Source: Lachnospiraceae bacterium (GTDB lineage Bacteria; Bacillota; Clostridia; Lachnospirales; Anaerotignaceae). Taken from it: DNA of 64,000 nt. How positions within the stretch are numbered: the stretch's first letter is position 1; each line of letters starts with the position of its first letter. The notes beneath the pieces were generated by a model. The model was given only the letters and a program-made list of their open reading frames with translations, had not been told where the DNA came from and made no database searches. The stretch is taken from contig JAYFRL010000020.1 in NCBI GenBank assembly GCA_034925905.1, positions 9,880-73,879 on the forward strand. Direction: 5' to 3'. The translations under genes were made by a program, and so were the position numbers. This document shows positions 37,470 to 47,983 of this stretch, piece by piece.

Positions 37470-39290
37470 TTATGTTATGTTTTTAAATCGCATTTCAACT
37501 TTAAACAAATCTCCGTCAACAGCTATATTGAAATGTCCGTTTTGAAGCTCAACAAGGCTTTTCGCAATGTTTAAGCCAAGTCCGCTGCCTTCGCTGTTTC
37601 TCGCGCTGTCTCCACGCACAAAGCGTTCCATAAGCTCTTCTACTTCTACGTTAAGCTTATCTCTTGAAATATTTTTAAATGATATTACAACCTCCCCTTT
37701 TATTTCTTTTGCATCTATATATACCCTGGTTCCGGGTTGTGAATATTTGCAGACATTATTCATAAGGTTATCAATAACTCTCCAAAGCAGTTTCCCGTCC
37801 GCCATAACATAAAGACCTTCCTGCGGCAAAAATATTACCACATCCAGCTTGCCGTCTTGCATCCTGTCTTCATATTCGCCAACAGATTGGCGAAGTATCT
37901 CAGCAACGCTTGTTTTACTTAAATTAACTGTTATATTCCCGGTTGAAGCCTTTGAAGCCTCAACCACATCCTCGGTAAGCTTTTTAAGACGTTTTGACTG
38001 ACGGTCTAAAACATCAATGTATTCGGCTTCCTGCTCGGGAGTGTGCTCTTTTTTAAGTAAATCCACATAGCTTATTATAGATGTCAGAGGAGTTTTTATA
38101 TCGTGTGACACATTGGTTATAAGCTCCGTTTTAAGCCTTTCGCTTTTCATTTTTTGCTCAACTGCTATAGACATCCCTTCGCTTATAGAATTCAAATTTT
38201 CAGCGTGCTCTTTTAGATCCCAATAAAGTTTTGAAGTGTCTATTTTACCTTCTATATCACCAAAAGCAAGCTTTTTGCCGGCATTTTTAAGCATTTTTAA
38301 GCCCAATGTCAGCTTGGTTAAAAGAACAACCACTAAAATTCTGAAAATAAAACCAACAAACGTCTGCCCAAGCATAGTGTCAATAATAACAAAGGCTATG
38401 CCTATTAAAATTGTGCGCCAAACCATAGGGACAGCATGGAATATAGCAAATATCCATATCTTTGTTCTTTTGAAAAACCGCAAGATAAAACGCAAGATAA
38501 AGTATATAACCGTGTTTTTCCACCATTTCCCGGCCTTAAACCGGGTTGCAAGCGTCATAAGCGCCGCAAGGGCAAGAAAGCCTTCAACAAGCAAAAGCAG
38601 AAACAGCATGGAAATAGAAACCGCCGTTATATAGCTAAAGCTTTGAAGTATAAAATATCCAACCGCAGAAAAGGCTCCGCCAACCAAAAGCAAGTATAAA
38701 TCTAAAGGGATATTATCCTGAATATTAAAGGTTATACCATCGCGTCCTCTTTTATGCCCGGCGGCACAAAACAGAAATATCAAATCAAAAACCGCTAAAA
38801 TAGAGCTTGCCGCAAACACAAGTATAATCACATATCTTAAAGGATATATAAAATCAAAGAAAGAATATGATATATAATAATTATCATGAGCCGTTATAGG
38901 TTTTTTAACTGCAGCTTTAACAATTAAATCATCATATGTAAGCTCTGTATAATAACCAATTTCTTCCGGTTCAAAATTTTGTGCCAAAACAATGTCCCTA
39001 TCATAGCTGTTTACTATCGTATAGGAAAAGTTTGTATCTGAAAAATATATATTGCCAGTCCCGTTTTCCGGGGTTGCGCTGTAGTAATATTCTTCCGCTG
39101 CTTTATATGCGTATTCTTCTGTTATCTCCTTGCAGATTTTTGTATTGTAATATGAATTTGCCCCCTCATAAATTTTGCTTTCATCGGCAAAAAATATTCC
39201 AATACCGCAAACCATAGCGCTCATACTGAAAATAACAAGCAGAAAAATCGCCATTATTTTTGCAAGCAAGCTGCTTGCCATGTCTTTCAT
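37470..39290 (-). CDS. Sensor histidine kinase with a multi-TM N-terminal region
   Basis: H-box NVSHDIKTPLT, N-box NNVCKYS and G-box GSGLGLNIA. It has a roughly 340-aa N-terminal region with an extracytoplasmic loop and several TM helices. Confidence 0.9.
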   Translation of the reverse strand: MKDMASSLLAKIMAIFLLVIFSMSAMVCGIGIFFADESKIYEGANSYYNTKICKEITEEYAYKAAEEYYYSATPENGTGNIYFSDTNFSYTIVNSYDRDIVLAQNFEPEEIGYYTELTYDDLIVKAAVKKPITAHDNYYISYSFFDFIYPLRYVIILVFAASSILAVFDLIFLFCAAGHKRGRDGITFNIQDNIPLDLYLLLVGGAFSAVGYFILQSFSYITAVSISMLFLLLLVEGFLALAALMTLATRFKAGKWWKNTVIYFILRFILRFFKRTKIWIFAIFHAVPMVWRTILIGIAFVIIDTMLGQTFVGFIFRILVVVLLTKLTLGLKMLKNAGKKLAFGDIEGKIDTSKLYWDLKEHAENLNSISEGMSIAVEQKMKSERLKTELITNVSHDIKTPLTSIISYVDLLKKEHTPEQEAEYIDVLDRQSKRLKKLTEDVVEASKASTGNITVNLSKTSVAEILRQSVGEYEDRMQDGKLDVVIFLPQEGLYVMADGKLLWRVIDNLMNNVCKYSQPGTRVYIDAKEIKGEVVISFKNISRDKLNVEVEELMERFVRGDSARNSEGSGLGLNIAKSLVELQNGHFNIAVDGDLFKVEMRFKNIT

Positions 39291-39985
39291 TTGTCCACCG
39301 CCTTATCCATTTTATATCCAAGACCCCAAACAACCTTTATGTATCTGGGATCCGATGGATTTATCTCAACCTTTTCACGCAGATGACGTATATGTACGGC
39401 AACCGAACCTTCGGAGCCTATCGGGCTTTCGTTCCAAACTTCCTCATATATCTGCCCAGAGGAATAGACCTTGTTTGGATTTTTCATTAAAAGCTTTAGT
39501 ATATTATATTCTATGGGAGTTAGCGAAACTTCTTCGCCGCAAACAGTGACCGTTTTACTTGAGTCGTTAAGGTCTATATCCCCTATTGTATAGACGTCCG
39601 TATTTTGAACTTTACCTCCAAGGCTAGTGTAACGTCGCAACTGGGATTTCACTCTTGCAATAACTTCAAGCGGCTCAAAAGGTTTTGTTATATAATCATC
39701 GGCGCCGATATTAAGCCCCAAAACCTTATCGCTGTTTTCACTTTTTGCACTGAGAAATATAATAGGTATATTTGAAGTTTCACGCAGCTTGGCTGTTGCC
39801 GAGATACCATCAAGCTCAGGCATCATTATATCCATAAGTACAAGATGTATATCTTTTTCCTTAACGATTTCTATTGCTTCCTTGCCTGTGTAAGCTTCAA
39901 AAATATTATATCCTTCTCCTGACAAATAAATTTTAAGAGCTGCGACTATGTCATGATCATCGTCGCAAATCAAAATACTATACAT
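39287..39985 (-). CDS. OmpR-family response regulator
   Basis: Receiver domain (ILICDDD...LMDIMMPELDG) plus a winged-helix domain (LTPIEYNILKLL...VWGLGYK). It overlaps the HK start by 4 nt. Confidence 0.93.
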   Translation of the reverse strand: MYSILICDDDHDIVAALKIYLSGEGYNIFEAYTGKEAIEIVKEKDIHLVLMDIMMPELDGISATAKLRETSNIPIIFLSAKSENSDKVLGLNIGADDYITKPFEPLEVIARVKSQLRRYTSLGGKVQNTDVYTIGDIDLNDSSKTVTVCGEEVSLTPIEYNILKLLMKNPNKVYSSGQIYEEVWNESPIGSEGSVAVHIRHLREKVEINPSDPRYIKVVWGLGYKMDKAVDK

Positions 39986-40127
39986 ATACTCACCTCTTGG
40001 AATTATTCTAGCATATATACGGTTTAAGAAAAAAGATATTAAAGATTTAAAATTTGTTTAAGATGCGCTCCCTGCCTGGTTTTAAACATTAAAAGGGCAG
40101 ATTTACGCCGCCCAGTTAATTTAAGTA

Positions 40128-40751
40128 TTATTTTTCTTTATTCATATATATATTATTTTTTCTCTCATGTTCAAGTGTTGTTGACGGACCGTGCCCCGGG
40201 TAAATCTTATAATCGCCTTCAAGGTCTCTCAAACGGCAAAGGGAGCCGAGCATTTCCTCAAAGCTGCCTGAGAAAAGGTCACATCTGCCGCAGTCTTCAA
40301 AAAACAGGGTGTCGCCGGAAAACACAACGTCGCCTAAAATATAGCAAAGACCGCCTTTTGTATGCCCTGGAGTGTTCATAACCTCAAAAGCCAAATCACC
40401 AGCTTCAATACTGTCCCCATCTTTTAAATATATATCAGGGACAACAACCATGCTATCTTTTGAAAATTTGGCTCCGCTTTTTTTGCCTCCTTCAAGCACG
40501 TCTTTTTCGTTTTCAGCTATTGCTATTTTAAGACCATATTTCTCTTTTACCGTTTCGGCTCCGCCCATATGGTCAAAATGTCCATGGGTTAAAAGCAAAA
40601 GCGAAGGCCGAAGCCTGTTTGAATCTATATATTCACAAAGCTCCTCACACGGAGCTTCACAATCTATTATAACGCAATCCCCTTTTTCGTTTGACACAAC
40701 ATAGCTGTTCGTTTCAACCATGCCCGAAACAAAGGTTTTAATTTCCGTCAT
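40128..40751 (-). CDS. MBL-fold metallo-hydrolase (glyoxalase II-like)
   Basis: THGHFDH motif; 207 aa. Confidence 0.85.
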   Translation of the reverse strand: MTEIKTFVSGMVETNSYVVSNEKGDCVIIDCEAPCEELCEYIDSNRLRPSLLLLTHGHFDHMGGAETVKEKYGLKIAIAENEKDVLEGGKKSGAKFSKDSMVVVPDIYLKDGDSIEAGDLAFEVMNTPGHTKGGLCYILGDVVFSGDTLFFEDCGRCDLFSGSFEEMLGSLCRLRDLEGDYKIYPGHGPSTTLEHERKNNIYMNKEK

Positions 40752-41698
40752 TTATCTTCCTCCTTGTTATTATTTTCTGGTACCAAAGAATTAATCCTGT
40801 TTCTATATTCAATGTTCTTTTCGGTTTCTTCAATCATTTTAAGCCTTTTTTTCTTTAAATAAAAAAGCATGAAAACACCAAAAACGATAAACAAAACAGA
40901 AACTATCTGCGAAACAGGTATCCCAGTCCCCCAAAGAAGCAATTGATCCGTTCTTAAAGCTTCTATCCAAAACCGGCCTATGCCATAGCCTATGCTGTAA
41001 AGCGCAAAAACCGAGCCGTTAGATTTCTTTCTTTTAATCATAAGCATGAGTATCACAAATAGGGCTATGTTCCAAACAGATTCATATAAAAACGTAGGGT
41101 GAACCTGAACATAAGTTGCCCCGTTTTGAATAACTGTATTATTTAAAATCTCTTGGGTAAGGTTCCCTTCATAAACCGTGTCAAGCGTATATCTCATTGC
41201 AAAAAAGGAATCCGTAAAAGTTCCAAAGGCTTCCCTGTTGAAAAAATTACCCCATCTGCCTATGGCTTGCCCCAGAGCAAGGGAAGGTACGCAGGTATCC
41301 GTAAGAAGCCAAAGGCTTATGCCCTTTTTTCTCGAATATAAAACAGCCATTATTGTTGCCGCAATAACACCGCCATATATAGCTAGACCGCCGTTTCTGA
41401 AATTAAATATTTCCAGAAGATTCCGTTTATACATGTCCCATGAAAAAATAACGTAATAAAGCCTCGCCCCTATTAGGGAAACAATCATAACCAGCATAGA
41501 AAAATCAAAATACATGTCCGGATTTTGACCTGTACGGTTTGCATTATAAAAAATTATTAATATGCCTATAACAACCGCAAGCCCTATAAAAACACCATAC
41601 CAGTATATATCAAACCCAAATACCGAAAAAGCCGTTCGGCTTAGATGTTCTATTTCTATCCCTAAATTTGGAAAAACTATCTCAGGTGCCGTGTTCAT
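40748..41698 (-). CDS. lgt: Prolipoprotein diacylglyceryl transferase
   Basis: GRWGNFFNREAFG signature; polytopic membrane protein. Confidence 0.93.
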   Translation of the reverse strand: MNTAPEIVFPNLGIEIEHLSRTAFSVFGFDIYWYGVFIGLAVVIGILIIFYNANRTGQNPDMYFDFSMLVMIVSLIGARLYYVIFSWDMYKRNLLEIFNFRNGGLAIYGGVIAATIMAVLYSRKKGISLWLLTDTCVPSLALGQAIGRWGNFFNREAFGTFTDSFFAMRYTLDTVYEGNLTQEILNNTVIQNGATYVQVHPTFLYESVWNIALFVILMLMIKRKKSNGSVFALYSIGYGIGRFWIEALRTDQLLLWGTGIPVSQIVSVLFIVFGVFMLFYLKKKRLKMIEETEKNIEYRNRINSLVPENNNKEEDK

Positions 41699-41728
41699 CG
41701 TTTGTCCTCCATCGTATGTTTTTATGTC

Positions 41729-42271
41729 TTAACACTCAAGCCCTCTTACATATTCAACCAAAGGTGTAATATTTTCTTTTTTTGTATACAAATATTCATT
41801 TTCTTTTAGTCCTAGTATTATAATATCTTCCGGGGTACGTTCATTTTCAGGTTTGTTTTTAAGAGCCTTCCTTAAAAGGCTCATTGCCAGCTTATGTATA
41901 GGATTAAGCTTTCTATATACAAGATCTCCCCTAAAATGGAAAATCTTTATTTTTTCCTGCATTTCTTCCGAAAAATTATGGTCGATTACAATTTTAAACT
42001 GGTCTGAAGCCTCCGGATCCATTATCCCCACTGTGAAAACAATAATATTTTTATTTTTAAAATTTTCAAAATTAGTTGTGAAAAATCTGACTCCGTTTAT
42101 ATCGCCCGTATATATTCCGCCACCTATTATAACCGTATCATACTCCTTATATTTATCAAGGTTAAGCTTTGAAGCCTTGAAAACAGGGCAGTTAAGTTCT
42201 TCTCCTATCCATTTTGCATATCTTTTGCTGTTTCCATATAAAGACTTATAAATAACTATTGTTTTATTCAT
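41729..42271 (-). CDS. Flavodoxin-domain protein
   Basis: MNKTIVIYKSLYGNSKRYA...VIIGGGIY. Start taken at the MNKT ATG. Confidence 0.7.
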   Translation of the reverse strand: MNKTIVIYKSLYGNSKRYAKWIGEELNCPVFKASKLNLDKYKEYDTVIIGGGIYTGDINGVRFFTTNFENFKNKNIIVFTVGIMDPEASDQFKIVIDHNFSEEMQEKIKIFHFRGDLVYRKLNPIHKLAMSLLRKALKNKPENERTPEDIIILGLKENEYLYTKKENITPLVEYVRGLEC

Positions 42272-42439
42272 AATATATCCCCTCAATAAAATGAATTTAT
42301 CGATTTTAAAGCATTATATACCAAAATATTTTTTAATTATAGCATTTTATTACACCAAAAACAAGTAAGGTATAAAACCATACGAATATGTATATTGAAT
42401 ATAGGAAACCCCTTTAGGATATCCTAAAGGGGTTAAGGT

Positions 42440-42604
42440 TTAAAGCATATCTTCAACTTCGTTGATAAGCTCTCCTGCTTTATCTACGGCTTTATGGCCT
42501 GTTTTAACCATTTTTCTTTTCATTTTGTTATCGTTTAAAAGGCAAACCACACCCACCATAGAAAGCACTCCGCCCGCAATAATTCCGGCCGCAAATTTAT
42601 TCAT
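42440..42604 (-). CDS. Small single-TM protein (YtxH-like?)
   Basis: 54 aa, MNKFAAGIIAGGVLSMVGVVCLL..., preceded by an AAGGAAGGAG RBS. The track ORF is extended upstream into the DUF1015 gene. Confidence 0.55.
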   Translation of the reverse strand: MNKFAAGIIAGGVLSMVGVVCLLNDNKMKRKMVKTGHKAVDKAGELINEVEDML

Positions 42605-42687
42605 AAAAAGATCTCCTTCCTTTACCGCAATTGCAGTATTATTATTTGATTTTTTTAAAATAAAATTACGGAAATTTGAGGTTTTGA

Positions 42688-43914
42688 TTATTCCAAAGAA
42701 TGAATAAAAAGTCCGCTTAAAAGTTTTGGTGAGAACCATGTTGATTTTGGCGGCATTATCATATTATTATCCGAGATTTCCATAAGTTCCGAAACAGATG
42801 TTGGGAAAAGGGAAAAAGCCGCGGCAAATTCACCGCTGTCTACCATATCTGTGAGATATTTGTTTCCTTTTGTTCCGCCGGCAAAATCTATTCTTTCGTT
42901 GATTCTCGGGTCTAAAATACCAAATATGGGAAAAAGAATATAATCCTGTAAAATTGAAACATCCAAGCTTTTAACGGGGTCTTTGCTTATTATTTCTTCT
43001 TTTGCCAAAAGGCTAAACCATTGTCCGTTTACATATAAACCAAATTCATGCTTTTTGGAAGCTATATTTGTTTTATCAGCTTTTAAAACAATGAAATTTC
43101 TGGAAATTTTTTCTATAAGATCTTCAGAAGTATTTCCGTTTAGGTCTTTAAGAAGCCTGTTATAAGGCAAAATTTCCAGTTCGCTCTCCTGGAATACAAC
43201 GGCAAGATAATTTTCGCAATCGCTTTTTTCGCCTCTTTCACGCCTTCTTTTTGCAGTGTTTAAAGCGGCGGCATTTCTATGGTGTCCGTCCGCTATATAA
43301 AGGTCCTTAATCTGTTCAAATTTTTTTATTATATCGTTTATAGTTTTTTCGTCGCTTATAGCCCAAACCTTCTGACAGACTCCGTCTTTATCAACAAAAT
43401 CATAAATAGGGGCATTGTCTTTAATAAATCCTTCCGTTATATCGGAAAGGTTTTTATTGTCTTTGGATATAAGGAATATCGGGCCAGTGTGTGCATTGCA
43501 TATATCAACGTGGTTTGTGCGGTCTTCTTCTTTGTCCGCTCTTGTAAGCTCATGCTTTTTAATTAAGCCCCTGGTATAATCGTATATTGAAGCCAACCCT
43601 ACGATACCCGTTTTAGTTTTCCCGTTACTTTGAAGCCTATATATATAAAAACATGGTTTGTCTTCTTTTATAAGCGCACCTTCTAAAATAAGAGTCTCCA
43701 AATTTTCCTTTGCCTTTAAGTATACGTTTTTATCATAAGGGTCAGTTCCTTCGGGCATATCTATTTCAGCCCTGTCAACATGTATAAAAGAATATCTGTC
43801 TTCCCCGAGTTTTTTTGATTCCTCAAAGCTTAAAACATCATAGGGCAATGCTGCCACTCTGGATTCAAGCCCTTTTTTAGGGCGGATTGCGTTAAACGGT
43901 TTAAAATCTGCCAA
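42688..43914 (-). CDS. DUF1015 protein
   Basis: MADFKPFNAIRP...ALPYDV...LYIADGHHR. Confidence 0.8.
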   Translation of the reverse strand: MADFKPFNAIRPKKGLESRVAALPYDVLSFEESKKLGEDRYSFIHVDRAEIDMPEGTDPYDKNVYLKAKENLETLILEGALIKEDKPCFYIYRLQSNGKTKTGIVGLASIYDYTRGLIKKHELTRADKEEDRTNHVDICNAHTGPIFLISKDNKNLSDITEGFIKDNAPIYDFVDKDGVCQKVWAISDEKTINDIIKKFEQIKDLYIADGHHRNAAALNTAKRRRERGEKSDCENYLAVVFQESELEILPYNRLLKDLNGNTSEDLIEKISRNFIVLKADKTNIASKKHEFGLYVNGQWFSLLAKEEIISKDPVKSLDVSILQDYILFPIFGILDPRINERIDFAGGTKGNKYLTDMVDSGEFAAAFSLFPTSVSELMEISDNNMIMPPKSTWFSPKLLSGLFIHSLE

Positions 43915-44020
43915 AAGAAAACCCTCCCATATATTATAAAAATAAGGCGGAAATATTTAAAATTTCCACCTTTAAATAATATCCTACTAAACGGCTGTAG
44001 CCGTTATAAATTTATAAATG

Positions 44021-45274
44021 TTATTCTTTCCTCAAGCTGGCTATTGCTGTCATAAACTTATCATGTATAGACCTTACAGCTTCTTCCGTATTCTCCGAAT
44101 TTATTAAAACGGAAATCTTTATTTCGGATGTGGAAATCATGCTTATGTTTATACCCGCATCAAAGAGCGCCTCAAACATAAGGCTTGCAACCCCCGGATT
44201 TGTAGCCATGCCTGCGCCTACAACGGATAATTTCGCAATGTTATCATCATGTACAATTTCGCTTGCCCCTAATGAATCCTTTGCTTCCTCAAGCACCTCA
44301 AGCGCATGGGCAAGGTCGCTCTTTGAAACCGTGAATGAAATATCTTTTTTATTATCCCTCCCAAGCGACTGAAGGATTATATCAACGCTTATCTTTTCCT
44401 TTGCCAAAGACGAAAAAAGCTTAAAAGCCTTGCCCGGTATATCATCAACTCCGACAACCGTTATTCTGGAAACGTCTTTGTCGGAAGCAACTCCGCTTAC
44501 GAGCATTTTTTCCACTTTACTTCCCTCCTTCACTACAGTGCCTTCTTCCCTTGTAAGGCTTGAACGTACAACAAGCTGAACATTATATTTCTTCGCAAGC
44601 TCAACAGATCTGTTATGAAGAACCTTTGCGCCCAAAGAAGCCAGCTCCAGCATTTCTTCATAGCTTATTTCATTAAGTTTTTTTGCGTTTGGTACAACTC
44701 TTGGGTCTGCCGTGTATACCCCGGCAACGTCTGTGTATATTTCACATATATCTGCCTGAAGAGCAGCGGCTATGGCAACTGCCGTTGTATCCGAACCGCC
44801 GCGGCCTAGGGTTGTTATGTCGTCAAATCTGTTGACGCCTTGAAATCCCGTTATAAGGACTATGTTTTTCCTTGAAAGCTCAAGCTCTATCCTTGCTTTG
44901 CCTATTGTTTTTATCCTTGCGTTGCCATATGTTGAGCTGCTGTCTATCCCAACCTGCATCGCGTTAAGCGAAACTGCCGGATAACCAAGCGCCTGTATTG
45001 CCATTGCCATAAGTGCCACAGATTGCTGTTCCCCTGTTGAAAGCAGCATATCCATTTCTCTTTTTGAGGCTTTTGGGTTTATCTCTTTTGCCTTTTCTAT
45101 AAGCTCATCTGTTGTGTCGCCTTGAGCAGACAAAACAACAATAACATTATTTTTACCTTTATCATACGACTCTATTATCCTGTTTGCAACATTATAAATC
45201 CTTTCGGCATTTGCAACCGAGCTGCCCCCGAATTTTTGAACTATAAGCAAATTATTTTCCTCCCAGCATATCAA
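44021..45274 (-). CDS. lysC: Aspartate kinase
   Basis: IVQKFGGSSV, GRGGSDTTA and two C-terminal ACT domains. Confidence 0.93.
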   Translation of the reverse strand: MICWEENNLLIVQKFGGSSVANAERIYNVANRIIESYDKGKNNVIVVLSAQGDTTDELIEKAKEINPKASKREMDMLLSTGEQQSVALMAMAIQALGYPAVSLNAMQVGIDSSSTYGNARIKTIGKARIELELSRKNIVLITGFQGVNRFDDITTLGRGGSDTTAVAIAAALQADICEIYTDVAGVYTADPRVVPNAKKLNEISYEEMLELASLGAKVLHNRSVELAKKYNVQLVVRSSLTREEGTVVKEGSKVEKMLVSGVASDKDVSRITVVGVDDIPGKAFKLFSSLAKEKISVDIILQSLGRDNKKDISFTVSKSDLAHALEVLEEAKDSLGASEIVHDDNIAKLSVVGAGMATNPGVASLMFEALFDAGINISMISTSEIKISVLINSENTEEAVRSIHDKFMTAIASLRKE

Positions 45275-46173
45275 TCTTCTATGATTTTAGCGCCCTCAAA
45301 ATCAGGCTTAAGAATTTGAAGCTGCCAATTGTTGGGTATTGATTGGAGATAAGAAGTCATCTTTTCAGAAAAATCATCAACGTCTTTCTCATCCAAAACA
45401 GAAACCAAAGTTGGACCTGCTCCGCTTAAGTATCCTCCTTTGCCGCCAAAACATTCGGCAGCGGCTAAGATATACTCCATTCCAGGAACCAACGGCTGCC
45501 TGTATGGCTGGTGAAGCTTATCAGACATAGCCATCTTAAGATTATCTATCCTCCCTGTTATCATGGAAGCAACCAAAAGCGCGGCTCTTGAAGAATTATA
45601 AACAGCATCTTTCCTATAAACCGTATAAGGAAGAACATTCCTTGATTTTTCCGTTGAAACAGGAAAATCGGGAATCATAACAGCAAATGTAAGAAATCTA
45701 GGCATATCAAGGCTCACATATCTCATCTCTTCGCTGCTTAAGGCTCCAACAACCATGCCTCCGAAAATAGCCGGGTTTGAATTGTCTGGATGCCCTTCCA
45801 TTTTTGCGGCTATCTGAGCAATATCATCTTTTGTATAATTTGTTTTGGCAAGGGCGTTCCCGGCCATAAGACCGCCGACTATACAAGCTGCGCTGCTGCC
45901 CAAGCCTCTGGTCAGAGGAATGTTATCCTCCTGGATAATCCTAATTCCGGGAAGGTTAAGGTTGCGCTTCTTATAAAAATCACTTATTGTTTTATATATC
46001 AGGTTTGTTTTGTCAAGAGGCACAGGGAGCTCCTGTTTCTTTTTAACTATTATTTCAAGGCCCTCGTCAATTTCTTCAACCCAAATATGATTATACATTT
46101 TAAACGCAACGCCTACAGAATCAAACCCAGAGCCCATATTTGCGGATGTTGCAGGAACACGTATATGTAACAT
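45271..46173 (-). CDS. thrB: Homoserine kinase
   Basis: VPATSANMGSGFD and GLGSSAA (GHMP kinase) motifs. Confidence 0.93.
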   Translation of the reverse strand: MLHIRVPATSANMGSGFDSVGVAFKMYNHIWVEEIDEGLEIIVKKKQELPVPLDKTNLIYKTISDFYKKRNLNLPGIRIIQEDNIPLTRGLGSSAACIVGGLMAGNALAKTNYTKDDIAQIAAKMEGHPDNSNPAIFGGMVVGALSSEEMRYVSLDMPRFLTFAVMIPDFPVSTEKSRNVLPYTVYRKDAVYNSSRAALLVASMITGRIDNLKMAMSDKLHQPYRQPLVPGMEYILAAAECFGGKGGYLSGAGPTLVSVLDEKDVDDFSEKMTSYLQSIPNNWQLQILKPDFEGAKIIED

Positions 46174-46178
46174 AATGT

Positions 46179-47417
46179 CTATCCTTCCATTCGTATTATA
46201 TTCAAAATTTTAACATATGGCAATTGATTTTTTAAATTACAAAGCTTTTTATTAATGCTTCCTTCCGTTTCCTCTGCGGTTAAAATACCAAGCTCGTCTT
46301 TAGCTTCGGGGATTTCAATGCTTTTTGAACCAGAAAATACTTTAAGCGCTTCTTCTTTAAGCTTTTTATTATCCCCGGAAGAAAGACGTATTAAAGCCTT
46401 AACCGAGTAATCTTCAAAAGGAACCATTTTTTCTTCTTCAGAGCTCCAATGTATCTTTATATTTTTACCCCTATGCTTAACGGCGTCTATTATATCTCCG
46501 CAAACGGCGCTGGCCGTCGGAAGCTTGCCTGCCCCTCTGCCGTAATACATTGTATCTCCAACCATATTGCCCTTAACAAATATTCCGTTAAACACATCGT
46601 TTACAACAGAAAGCGGGTGGGAAAGCGGCACAAGATAAGGAGCAACTATAGCACAGACTCCGTTTTCCGTAATTTTACTTCTGCCTAAAAGCTTTATGGA
46701 AGAGCTCAAACTTTTTGCATAAAGCATATCCGTTTTAGATATGTTCGTTATGCCTTCGGTATGTACCTTCTTATAGTCAACATTTTTCCCGCAGGCAAGA
46801 GATGAAAGTATTGAGATTTTCCTGCACGCATCATGACCTTCAACATCCGCCGCAGGATTTTTTTCAGCATAACCAAGCTCCTGCGCTTCTTTAAGAACCT
46901 CGGCAAAATCCCTCCCTGATGCGGCCATCTTAGTTAAAATATAGTTCGTTGTTCCGTTTAATATCCCGGAAATATCTTTTATGCCTTCAGCCGTCAGCGA
47001 AGAAACCATAGGTCTTATTATAGGTATGCCACCTCCAACGCTGGCCTCAAAAAAATAATTTGCCTTGTTTTCTCTAGCGATTTTAACAAGTTCAACTCCA
47101 TGAGAAGCAACAAGCTCTTTGTTTGAAGTTACAACGCTCTTCCCCTTTTGGAGCAAAGCCTTTGTGTAGCTGTATGCAGGTTCTATTCCACCCATAACCT
47201 CGGCTATAAATTCAACAGAATCGTCATTAATTATTTTTTCGAAATCCTTAGTTAAAAAAGGCGAAACAGGATCATTCTCAAAATCCCTTATATCAAGCAC
47301 ATATTTAACGGTTACCCTTTCGCCGGCTTTCTCTTCTATTATATCGGCATTGCTGTCTAAAACACAGAAAACCCCTGAGCCGACTGTTCCATATCCTAAA
47401 ATTGCTACATTTGCCAT
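46179..47417 (-). CDS. hom: Homoserine dehydrogenase
   Basis: VAILGYGTVGSGV Rossmann motif and a catalytic region. A regulatory domain at the C-terminus is likely. Confidence 0.92.
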   Translation of the reverse strand: MANVAILGYGTVGSGVFCVLDSNADIIEEKAGERVTVKYVLDIRDFENDPVSPFLTKDFEKIINDDSVEFIAEVMGGIEPAYSYTKALLQKGKSVVTSNKELVASHGVELVKIARENKANYFFEASVGGGIPIIRPMVSSLTAEGIKDISGILNGTTNYILTKMAASGRDFAEVLKEAQELGYAEKNPAADVEGHDACRKISILSSLACGKNVDYKKVHTEGITNISKTDMLYAKSLSSSIKLLGRSKITENGVCAIVAPYLVPLSHPLSVVNDVFNGIFVKGNMVGDTMYYGRGAGKLPTASAVCGDIIDAVKHRGKNIKIHWSSEEEKMVPFEDYSVKALIRLSSGDNKKLKEEALKVFSGSKSIEIPEAKDELGILTAEETEGSINKKLCNLKNQLPYVKILNIIRMEG

Positions 47418-47423
47418 AAAAAA

Positions 47424-47867
47424 TCACTCCCTAGCTATTATTTTGAAAGACCTTATTCCTTCGGTAGTCTCTATCTTTTTAAACAAAGCTCCCGTATCGG
47501 TATGCATGTTTCCCGTTTCAATAGTTATGGTAACATTCGCTATGCCGTTTAAAGGAATTGTTTGGTTTATTGTAAGTATGTTTGCGCCCGCTTCGGCAAT
47601 AAGATTTAAAACGCGGGATAAAAGCCCTGAAGTGTCATCAAGATTTGCCGCAATTGTAACAGTTTTTCCTCTTGTGTTCTCATAAAGAGGAAAAATTGCA
47701 TCTCTGTATTTATAAAATGCACTTCTGCTTATCCCTGCTTTATTAACAGCTAAAAGAACCGTTTTTTCTTTTCCTGTTTCTAAAAGATTTTTGGCTTCCA
47801 TGACTTTTATAAAAACCTCAGGAAGCACGCTTTTATCCACAATATAGAAATTTTTATCCTCTTTCAT
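47424..47867 (-). CDS. UPF0735 ACT-domain protein (PheB-like)
   Basis: FYIVDKSVLPEVFIKVMEAK...ISRSAFYKYRDAIFP closely resembles Bacillus PheB. The ATG follows a GGAGG RBS. Confidence 0.8.
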   Translation of the reverse strand: MKEDKNFYIVDKSVLPEVFIKVMEAKNLLETGKEKTVLLAVNKAGISRSAFYKYRDAIFPLYENTRGKTVTIAANLDDTSGLLSRVLNLIAEAGANILTINQTIPLNGIANVTITIETGNMHTDTGALFKKIETTEGIRSFKIIARE

Positions 47868-47983
47868 GTTTGCCTCCATGTATTTTTGATAAAGACATTT
47901 GTTCTCATATCAGAGAATATACCACTTCTATTTCTGTTTTTCAAGTATATTTTCAGATACAAAAAATAAAGCTGTCTCCAGCT

